From Callorhinchus milii (lineage: Eukaryota), in assembly GCF_018977255.1 (NCBI RefSeq), contig NW_024704743.1, positions 72,790,001 to 72,854,000 on the forward strand: DNA of 64,000 nt. The letters run 5' to 3'. Under the pieces are notes generated by a model that was given only the letters and a program-made list of their open reading frames with translations, was not told the origin of the DNA and did not search any database. Made by a program: the position numbers and the translations under genes. This document shows, in pieces, positions 40,288 to 51,225 of this stretch (its first letter is position 1; every line of letters begins with the position of its first letter).

Positions 40288-41186
40288 CTGCAGAAAGAAC
40301 ACAATGCTTTCAGCGTGTGCAACTACGCCTGCACTATCTTTCTAGGTTTAATTAGCTTTATTTGTACTTACTGTCCAGTCCATCATGAAACAGAGGATCA
40401 GTGGCTGACTTTGAAACAATCAACTGTTATCAACACTCTGTAACTGCTAAAACTTTTAACACTCTTCTCATGAGTCCCGGTCAGTGTAAAATCATTATAA
40501 ATTATATAATAGGCTACTGGTGTGCAACTGGTTTCCATTACTCGTTTGGAATGCTGATCTAAATCATGCTTTAATGAGCCAAGACCTACTGTGTCGGTAT
40601 TACAACCAAATAGAGAACATGGACCAAAGCTCCAAGTCTCTTTGAATAAGAAGGATTCCAGTTTCAATTGTTAATATTTAAAAATGCTGTTAAACCATGC
40701 ATAATTCAAGCAGTTTGGTGGATCAACTGCAACAGGTAATGTAACATTCAGCTATTCAGGTTATGCAGCTCCGCTGATTTGATGACCAGAAAACATCTAC
40801 AATACAATGTTGATCTCACCCGATAAGAACGACATCCTAAATTAATTACTGCTGCTACCCAGAATTGTTTTGCTTTTTCAATATAACTATTGGGTTAGTA
40901 ATCTCATTAAAACAGTTATTAATTACAGACACAATGAGTGACCCGAAGTGCTGCAGCAAAAAACTTGTCCGAGATTCATCACTGAGATAAGAATTCTGTT
41001 CCATGTTACCTTAATTTTAAGCCAATGGTTTCAAGGCTAAGACCAAAAGATTTTCAGCTTTTGAGAAGTCATGAAATGTCAACAGGACACTGCCTTGAGG
41101 AGGAGAATCAAACTGGAGTCAGCTACTCTTGCCCCCCTCCCCCACCCCCCCACTCAATTGGTAGTCATAGACAGAGAACATTGACA

Positions 41187-41300
41187 TTTTGCCCACAAAT
41201 ATATAGTCAATTCACTTTACAGTATATTCTGTGAAGCGCTTTGAAACGTCTTGAAGATGTGAAAAGCGCTATATCAAATCCAAGGATTATTATTATTATT
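41187..41300 (+). mobile_element. SINE 3' fragment
   Basis: ttgcccacaaatatatagtcaattcac...aaggattattattattatt. Confidence 0.9.
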
Positions 41301-41801
41301 GTTTAAAACACACTTGTTGCCAATCCTCTTGGTTCAGGACGGACCAGGGAAGAAGATGCACAAATATATTTAAAAATTAACCTGACATTCATAATTCCAT
41401 AACCTCTGAGATGTTGTCAGATTTAGTTTGTTGCAGATGACAATTTAATTGCCAGTATGATTTTCCAACTGACTTGCAGCAGTGACAGTAATTCTCTCAG
41501 AACTTGAATGTTCTTTGTGATATATTCTAGAACCATAGAAATTTACAGCACAGAAGAAGGCCATTTAGCTTTTGTGTGTGCTGAGGGTGGTGGTGAAAGA
41601 AAACTCAGCCTTCTTGCCTAAGCTGGCTTCTATTTAATAAAATAATCTTTGCATTTGACATGGTGCCTTATCACATTGTCAAGACATCTCAAAGTGTTTC
41701 ACAGGAATTTACTATGAAATGTACTGACACTTTTAGAAGTGAATTTGTAAGCAAGCGATTTACATTGATTCTGTTGATATGCTCACTCTCCCTTTTCAAC
41801 C

Positions 41802-42255
41802 TTACATAGAATATACAGCACAGAAACAGGCCATTCGACCCAACTGGTCTATGCCGGTGTTTATGCTCCACATGAGCCTCCTCCTGCCCTTCCTCAACTA
41901 AGCCTTTGAGCAGAGCCTTTAATCCTTTCTCCCTCATGTACTTATCTAGCTTCCCCTTAAATGCATCTGTGCTATTTACCTCAACTACTCCTTGTGGTAG
42001 TAAGTTCCACATTCCCAACACTCTCCGGGTAAACACGTTTCTTCTGACTTCCCCATTTGATTTAACAGTGACTATTTTATATTGATGGCCCCTGGTTTTG
42101 GTCTCCCCCATAAGTGGAAACATCTTCTCTATGTCTATGCTATCAAACCTTTTCAGAATTTGGAAGACCTCTATTAGGTCGCCCTTCTCTTTCCAAGAGG
42201 AGAGTCCAAGCCTTTCCTGATAGGTATAACTTTGCAGTTCTGGTATCATCCTCCA
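41802..42255 (-). mobile_element. CR1 LINE 3' end with ORF2 C-terminus
   Basis: GDLIEVFQIL...TRGHQYK...FTRRVLGMWNLLPQGVVE...FKGKLDKYM and CR1 3' UTR. Confidence 0.93.
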
Positions 42256-42289
42256 ATACGTTATCTTTCTTTCCTCTTCCAAAATTCCC

Positions 42290-42600
42290 TGCTATTTTCT
42301 AGGCTTTCTCCACCACTCCTAAATGAGGTTACCCATGCAGGACTCTGGTTCCATGGGTGCCAACAGCTTCCCAGTAGCTCAGCCAAGTTATTGTTTATTC
42401 TTTTTTGCGTCTGTCAGAATCCCATCTCCATACTTAAAAGCATCCAAAACAGAGAGTTCCATATATGCCAACAACATACATTTTTCCACGTTCTACTTAT
42501 GTGGGCAGCGATAACTGTAATGAATCCACTGCTTCACTGGCTAAATTCAATGGACTCAGTACAGATCATGTGCACCAACCCTGGGATATTCCTGGCAAGC
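42290..42600 (-). mobile_element. Old SINE-like family, homologous to 14080-14235, 46770-47135 and 58470-58625
   Basis: Shared ttccatgggtgccaacagcttcccagt with 14163-14190; ctcagtacagat head motif. Confidence 0.5.
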
Positions 42601-45600
42601 CTATTTCATTGTCACTGTTACTGTAAAGATTGATGGTTCAGGAGGCTCCCTTTCCTGTAATGTTGATATAATGACTCAGTTGTACTCCAGGCATTATACT
42701 TAACTGTTGCCTGCAGTCGAGTAGTGCAAGGCACAGCCTGATTGATATTGCCATCACGTAATTGTACTCTTGTTGAGCAGCCAAATCAAAGTGGAACTCT
42801 GCGCGTATATCTGTGCAGTCAGTTGCAAGTAAACTCTTTCAAAATAATGTCCGAAAATTTTGATTTTAATGAACTGTTTCGTCCCTTATGGTCATTATTA
42901 AATCTGAAGGACAGAGCAACAGACACTCTCAAACTTGCTGAGCTTTAAATTCTGACACTTATGAAATTTATCTTGGATCAGTTGAGGTTCAGTACAGTCA
43001 GTATAAAGTATAGTGCAGCATAGCACTGCACTATCTCTTCTGGGTGATCTCAAGTTTCTTCTCTAAACCCACATCAGGCTGCTAAAACTGCATTGCATTG
43101 CAGAGTCTGTACCAGTTCAACACAAAACTCAGTCTGAACCAATACAGCATAGCTTGCCCACAAGGATCATTCATGAGTAACTACTGAGGCTGCAAAACAA
43201 GAGATCATGCTTGTGGTTCACTTGAAGTTGACATTCATAGTTTACTGTTGGACTGGATCCGAAAGCACCTCAGGATAACTGTCCCATTGCTCTCATTTCA
43301 CAGTAACTGTGAGTTTCCAGAGCTCTGAATTGATGGTGAATAAAGATGTCCCTTTGCACGACACTAGTACTGTGTATTTTTTTTACTGGCCATCTCCTGT
43401 GAGAGGTGGCTGGAATCACAGTTGCACTGGATCAAGACTGCACATAGTGACTGCACATCATTTAGTTCTGCACACTGTTTGACAGTGGTGGCCAATTAGA
43501 TCTGATTTTCACTCCTGGAGGACCAAATAAATGTTCAATCCCCACTTTTCCACAATAATTGTCACCTAATGTGTAAATGGCACAACACTTAAATAGATCA
43601 ATATTTAAAGCATGAGCTTCCTGGTAATACAAACTACAGTACTCCCATTGGGAAACATCTGGTACTTGGTGGTGGTGGTACACTTGCTGCACAGCCACTG
43701 AAATATCCAGCACTTAAACAGCGGCCTGCTTCATGTCCCCTGTCCTAACTGTCCCACGATTGGTGAGAGAGATTTTATTCTTTCTGTCTTCTCTCTCTAG
43801 AATTTCATTTCAGAGATAATCTGACTTCAACTTTTCGCACTCCACTTTTCAACCATGCTTTCAGTTATCTTCTCGCCCCCACCCCGTCCCCTGTATGTGC
43901 TATGCAACCTGTAATTTACACCATTTTTACACCATGATCAAAAGAAACGTGTAAAATAACTTGATCCAAATGTTTGGATCAATTCCTCCCATTTATTCAG
44001 GTTAAACATTACTCTAAATTTGCCCTGCCCACATTAATTTTACACCAAAGAAGCGTAGATGCTATTTCATTTATATTTGGCCAGCCAGGTGTGCAACATA
44101 CAGACAACTCCCTTGCTCTGCTTGAGTCTCCAATCCCAGCCATAGAGAGATCTACAAAAGTAGAGCTTTGAATGCCAGTTCAGGAGAGTGCACCCTTTAC
44201 TCCCTTTAGAAGAAAAATAGGGCACAAGTTGATGGATGAAAAGGGAAATTTCAGGGCAGACACTTGGAAGCATTTCTTTAGGCAGAGGGTAATTAATGAC
44301 TGTAATGAGCAAGTGGGCGTTGAGACCAGAATAATGGACTGGAGGACAGTCAGATGGGTATTCCAGAAGGAGATCAAATGAAGGAGAATTCTTAATCCAA
44401 ACCTTTCATGATCCTCCAATAACATACTGTTTCCCAAGCAGAATCTTATCCAACTCTTTCTGAAAAGAGTTAAAAGTATCATTGTTTTTGTTGAGAGTGC
44501 ATGTGAAGTTCTCCAATAGATGAAGAGAGATGGTCAGCCTTGTGAGTATGATCCCCTCATTAGAACTGGAGAAAGATGAGTACTATGAAATGACAAACAC
44601 CACAACATTGAATCACTCTCTCTCTCTGAGATGCTGGCCTGCTGCATATCTTCAGCATTCAGAAGTTTTTCTTGTATATCTATATAATTCAACAGACTCC
44701 TATTTGTGTGGTACTAAAGCCAAAAAAATCCGTAAAGTCTTAGTCTTATCATCTTAAAACTTACAAATCCTTTGGCTCTATTCAAAAAGATAGGAAATTT
44801 CTCCTGATACGATTGGTCATTCGTTTAGTGGCTGTTTGGGGGATTATTGTTTATTGGACATTGCTGAATGCAAATTGGCTGCCACATTTGCCTACAAAAT
44901 ACAGTCACTGCAGTTTACAGTAAATCCTGTGAATTGCTTTGAGAGGTCTTCCCAACATGAAAGACATGATATCAATTGTTAGGATTATAATTTAAGATTG
45001 TGCAAATATAGTTTTGAGAATTGAGGAAAAACAGCTTTCAAATCGAGGATGAATTTAATAACCTTTCATAATTGTACACAGTCTTAACTTTAAGACAGTC
45101 ATTCATCTTAATGCTACGTCTGATTAATTTAGAGTCTGTGCTTTTCACAACTGATGTGGAAACATTATGTTGGTAGACTTCTGGGGCTGGAATGAAGGAA
45201 ATGTAGAGCAAGATTCACACTGATATTACTCGCTCTGCAAAAAAAAAGTTAAGTTTTAAAAAAAACACACAGAAGTCCAAATTTAAAAATATCCCAACAC
45301 AAATGCATTGCTTCACCCAAACTCAGTTTAAAACAAAACATGTGCAGGACGGGATATATTTTTTAATGCAGGGGGAAGAGTTATTTTGTTTTAAGAATTG
45401 ATGCTCTCCCTACTTTTGTTTCACACGGTTCCTTTGACTTGGTTTCCTTTTCCTCTCAGAGAGAATGGTTAGAACTATTTGGGTCATTGACATCTGCACT
45501 GCCACCTTTAGTGCTTTCTCAAACAAGAGTAAAAGCATTTGAGGTCACAATATACTTAGGTATAAGCAGCCCGATGGTTATCAGTAAGACTTTGCCGCAT

Positions 45601-46324
45601 CCTAATCAATGTGACTGATGCAGTACTGTGACAGTGCTACAATGTGATAATGCTCAGCAAGCCTCTTTCCCTGTGTTTTTGGTAGTAACATAATTCCTCA
45701 ATTCCTTGCAATAACACCCCCGCTGTGCTCAAGTACCTCAGTAAGAAATATCCTAGTCAGGCTCAGGCTGTAAAATAACCAGCTATAAAATTTCTAATCG
45801 CTAATCGCATGTGCCTTTTCTGGGTCAGTGACAGGAAGTCAGTTTACAGCCTCCCATTCAGCTGCCTGCAGTGTCTAAATCAAGCATTATTTTCTTTGAC
45901 AGCTTTTAACTAGAATCCTTTGAAAAAATATTTATAAGGCAATTATTCAGCCATCTCATCACATCTTTGAGAAGTCTCAAAGCGCTTCCATAGGGTTTTT
46001 ACTGTGAAGTGTAGTGACTATTTGTAGTCAAATGCGATAGCCAATTTTCACATTGCAATGCGCCACAAACAGCCATAAAGGGAATGATTAATTTTATCAG
46101 TCCATTTGATCTCATCCTTCCAGAATACCCTACCTTCCTCCTATTACAACATCAAGCTGTTTCTTAAATCAATCACAATGTTTACCATTCTTTGTGGTAA
46201 AATCCAGTTATTAATTACCTTCTAAGTTAAGAAATATTTCCTGATGCTGGTCCTGAAATTGCCCTTTCAACCCAAAATCTGTCACCTTGTGTTCTACCAT
46301 GTCAGCACATCCAAAAGCATTATT

Positions 46325-46700
46325 ATAATAATAATCCTTGCATTTGATATGGCACCTTATCACGTCTACTAGACGTCTAAAAATGCTTCACAGAATATCC
46401 GGTAGTGAATTGACTGTATATTTTGTGGGTGAAAAGCGGCAGGCAATTGCACACAGCAATATCCAACAAACATTCATGGATTGAGTGACTAAATTATTAT
46501 TAATTTTTAAGGGATTATTACCCCCAGAAAAGCAATCCGCAAATTGACTAACAACCGGTTCCTACTTACTGCTAGGTATACAGAGGGTGTTGAAGAAGGA
46601 AACTTGCCTAATGTGTTTCCCTGCTTGGAATCAAACCGTCTCAAGCAAGGTCCTCTCGCTTACGAGGCAAGTGCTCTAACCACTAAGCTACAGGTCTCCA
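46325..46700 (-). mobile_element. tRNA/Deu/L2-tail SINE, long form
   Basis: Full head through tail; preceded by a CR1 fragment at 46100-46320. Confidence 0.92.
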
Positions 46701-46769
46701 CGATTATTCTTAATTTGTTTCTCAATCCCATTTAAAGTTGGGAGGGAGACTCTGTAAGTCCACCAATGT

Positions 46770-47135
46770 TGACTCAGCCATATAGACTAGAATGTTAAAT
46801 GCTCAAATTCTGGTCTGTGCTGAATTAGCTGATCTCATTCAATAAAGGACTACAATTGGCTTCAGCACCAGATTAGAGAAGGGAAAATTTCAGTCAGTGT
46901 TCCACTCCCTGATCACTGTCCAAAGGCTCCTGCTGGACAATGTTGGTTTGTTGATGTCAGATGAAGACAGGATCAGCCTAGGCTGTTCTTCCTCTTGCAA
47001 ATGAATAGAGTGCCAACACTCAATGCCAAGTCTTACAAATGAACAGGGAGTGGCCTGAAAGCAACTGGTACTCAGGAAACCTCACCCCAGAAAGAATCAA
47101 ACACTTTCAGGAGAGAACAACTGAGGAGAAACGTT
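46770..47135 (+). mobile_element. Old SINE-like family, near-complete copy
   Basis: tctgtgctgaattagctgatctc...ctacaattggcttcagcacc...ttcaggagag; reverse-complement homology to 58470-58625 and 14080-14235. Confidence 0.6.
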
Positions 47136-47499
47136 TCAGAGAAAAAGGTGTGTGAAACAATTATCCTTTATAAAAATTTCCTTCATAAAAAAGCTTGGGT
47201 TCTTCTACACACAAATCAAAGGGAGAGTGACAGATGCCTGAGAGAAAGTTACTTATAACCAGCAGTATGCTACTCACTAGAAATAAGGAACAAGGAGTAC
47301 AATTGATATAATAAACTGGGAGAGTGTTGACCAGTTTGGCAAAAGAATCAGCAGCCTGAGATTAGATTGCTGCTTTAAAACACACCCTAGCTGTCAAGAG
47401 TTTAGAAGATATGTGCAGTGTTCATGCATTTATGCCCATATGGTAGGGCAGGGAGAATTCAGATAATAGTCTTTCTGTCCTAGCAGCAGCTGACAGTCA

Positions 47500-47690
47500 G
47501 GCAGTTTGTTCCCTGCTCTTATTAATGACTGAAACCTATTTCCAGGAAGGGTTCTTGAGGCCAGAATATTGAATTCATTTAAAAAGCAGCTGGATGCTGT
47601 GATGGGAGGAAGGTAGGTTGGGTGTTCTAGAGGGTTGAGAACAGATGGGCCAAAGGGCCTTTCTTCATCCAAATCAATCTTGTAATAATG
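47500..47690 (+). mobile_element. CR1 3' fragment
   Basis: ttcatttaaaaagcagctggatgctgtgatggg...gggccaaagggcctttcttcatc, homologous to 58340-58450. Confidence 0.75.
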
Positions 47691-50518
47691 TGTGTCAATG
47701 TTTATGGAAGGCACTAACTATAATATTTCCCCCTCCCACTTCTAAAGTTCAGGCTACCAGCCAGCTCTGAAGTGCTTTGAGAGGTTTCCCCCACTCCTAT
47801 GTGGAAGTTGCTATATTAATATAAATTGTTGTAACATGAGTGGTTCAGGTTTAATGAGGTATAATTTGCAGTTCATTACAGTAGTTATTACAAATGTTTT
47901 CATTGCACAACCAAATGGTTGCATTTCCCCAATGCCTCACAGCTCTGCAGTAAAATATTACAATGGTGGCCCTGTCTCCTTCGCTGCAATCAGTGAGGCA
48001 CCTTTATAACGTAAATTGGAAGGATCCTTCTTTAATGCAAACACCCAGTTGTGGGTATGCAAGAGAAAATTGGGAAGTTACTGAGAGGTCCAAGAAAAAA
48101 AGATCAGATCCTTAGGCTGCAAACAACACAAAAGAAAATAAACGAGTTGCCACAAGAAACCAGAAATTTGTACAGTAAATCATCTTTGCCTAAATTCTCT
48201 GCTTATTTTTTAATACAAGGTCACAGCACATCAAGTATGTTAATATGAGTAATGCAAAAGGATACTATATACAATCTGTATTTGTGTTTTATGTTAACAT
48301 ATCATTAGTTGAAGTGCACTGGGGTGGTAGGAGGGTGGCTGTCAATATGCAGTTGACAGTAATGGCAATGTTGCAAATCCCACAGCTTATTAGAGGTCTT
48401 TCTGCCCCATTCTAAGTCAATTGGGGCTAGGATAATAGTAGTTGTCATGTGATTTTGAAACGCCCCATTTCTTATATTATCTAATAGATATTTTGTACAA
48501 CAACTGCATTTGATTTAGACACCACGTACTGTAAAATAAAAAGCTGTAAACCAAGTTTCTTGACAGTGACAGATCTGCCGGATCCAGTCTTCCTCCTATG
48601 GATAAGAAATCAGTTTTACAACTTGTCATTTTGTAGTTGGCAATGTTTAAATTAGTGTTAGATACATCTCAGCAGGGATCTGCAGGCAGTGATGGCTATA
48701 GTGAATAGAATGGCCAGGATTTTAACTACATATGGTTTCAATCCCTGTAGTTATACTGTGGGAAAATGACATGATATCCATGATGAGGTAGAAATGCCCC
48801 TGTTAACCTTTCCTCCCTATAAGATCCAGTACTGAGTTGTAACGTTCCACCAAAAAGCACCATCAACAGCTTTCACCAATTAAGGGCCAATGAGCAGATC
48901 TCAAGTCAAATCCATCAAGGCTTAATATGTTGCATTTATTAACAGGATTTCAGCATAAGAAACCACCCACATGTCTGTTTATGCACATGTCCAATGTGGT
49001 GATGGAGAAGAGCTGCAATATGGGAAAAAAAATTATGTACAAATTACTCAAGTGGGACTGAACCTGTACAGGACTAGAGAGAAAGAATGAGAGGGACCAC
49101 ATACCTGATATTCTCACTGGGACGACTCCCAATTTGTGTGGATATCAGACTCTTGTATTACCTTATGAAAAATATGGTAAAGATCATGTATTTTTATAGC
49201 ACTTAATATTGTTGAAAGGTCTCGAAGCACTTCACAGGAATTACTGTCGAGTGCAGTGGCTATTTGTAGTCAAATGTAGCAGCCACTATGCACACAGTAC
49301 AGTGCCATTATAAATATCATTAATTACATCACACCATCTCATGGAAACTCCATTCGAAAAGTAGATTGCATCAAAGAGGAATTCCTAAGGGGAAAGGAGG
49401 GAGTGGCTTGATGTTTCTTTTTATGGAATTCATTAGCAATCACTGCATATTAGACCCAGTTGTCCAGTTCCCCATTGCCCTGCGGGGGTTTAAAATGCAG
49501 TGATTTATAAACTAGAGCTACCAAACAATCACCATATGTGCTTGAGAGTAAATGAGAACTAAAAGTCAAAGGGTTATTTTCCCTCAATGATATAAAGTGG
49601 AGGGAAATTTCATCTATTTGGTCAATTTCTGATCGAAAGATAGGCAAGTTTACAATGGAGATGCAATATTACAATGAATGTGAAGAGACAAAACCTTGAG
49701 TGATAAAACGCACATTAGGTGCTAATTTAGTGAATGAAAACACTTAGCTTGTATTCAAGAGCTCCAGGTTCCAGTCCGCCAAGATGTGCAACCTTCAAAC
49801 CTTACAAGGCTGATAAAACAAACACTGCTAATATGGAAGGTATTCGAGCTAGGGTTCCAAGCATAGCACTGGCAGTATAATGATGGAAATATTACAAATA
49901 TTGCTCCAGGCTCACTGCCAAGAAAATAGCTGAGCACCATTTGTGACAGTATGTTAAAATGCTAGGAGATGATATCTCACTGGGAATTTGCCTTGTATTA
50001 ATTGGAAAATACAACAACAAATTCCATTTGTAAAGCGCCTTTTACGTTGGGAGGACGTCCCGAGATGTTGGACAGACAGAGTTACAGACCCGAGCTTGAG
50101 ATGGGTCTTGAAGGAGGCAAGGGAGGGGACGAGATGGAGGGACTGCGGGATGAAGTTCCAGAGGGTGGGGCAGAGTGGCGGAAGACCCCAGTAGTGGGGC
50201 AAGCAGGGCGGGGGACATGAAGCAGGCCGGAGCCCACTGAGTGGAGGGAGCGAACAGGATGGTAGGGGGTTAGGAGGTTGGAGTGGTAGGGAGGAGCAAG
50301 ACCCTGGAGGGCTTTGAAGGTGAGGACTAGGATCTTGAACTGTATCCTCTGTGTGATGGGAAGCCGGTGGAGTGGGGCAAGGATTGGGGTGATAGGGTCG
50401 CGGAGCTTAGTGCGGAAGAGGACACAGACTGCAGAGTTCTGGATGATCTGCAGGCTGTGGAGGGAGGAGTTGGGGAGGCCGACAAGCAATGAGTTTGCAT
50501 AGTCGAGCCTCAACGTAA

Positions 50519-51225
50519 ATCATAGAATCAAAGAATCGTACAGCACAAAACGAGGCCATTCGGCCCATCTAGTCTGTGCCTGCTCTTTGAATAGAGCAAT
50601 GTAATGTCAATCCCACTCCCCAGCCCTTTCCCCGTAACCCTGCAAACCCGTCCTCCTCAAATACCTGTCCACCGCGTTTTTAAAAGCAGTTATCGAATTG
50701 GCCCGACCATCCTTTCAGGCAATGCATTCCAGATTCGAACAACTTGCTGCATGAAAAAATTTCTTCTCACCTCCCCTCTGCTTCTTTCAGATACTATTTT
50801 GAATCAATTCCAGGCAGGGCGAAACCTTGGGCAAGTTTCCTTACTCCACACGCCTAATAATAATCCCTCCAAAACTAAAAATAATAACAATTGGTCATTT
50901 TTAATCTACGACTGTTTGTGGGACATTGCTGTGCGCAATTGGCTGCCGCATTCGCCCACAAATATACAGTCAATTCACTTTGCAGTATATTCTGTGAAGC
51001 GCTTTGGGACGTCCTCCCGACGTGAAAAGCGCTATATCAAATGCAAGGATTATTATTATTATTATGTTGCCTCCCCTCATTCTTTCTACCAAAATGCATT
51101 ACCTCACATTTCTCCACATTGAAATTCATCTACTGTGTGTTTGCCCATTTTACCATTCTGTCTATGTCTTCCTGCAGTTGGCTACTATGCTTCTCACTGT
51201 TTACCATCCTACCTAACTTTGTGTC
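50519..51225 (-). mobile_element. CR1 fragment nested in L2
   Basis: 3' end aatcatagaatc...gaggccattcggccc; RT piece DTKLGRMVNSE...LQEDIDRMVKWAN. Confidence 0.9.
50804..51064 (+). mobile_element. Short-form SINE nested in the CR1
   Basis: Starts in the B box (tcaattccaggcagggcg), Deu core, tail gggacgtcctcccgacgtgaaaagcgc, (ATT)n. Confidence 0.95.

Noticed and set aside
40009..40302. 97-aa ORF as a standalone gene
   Set aside because: It is CDK14 exon 3 plus intron read-through at both ends
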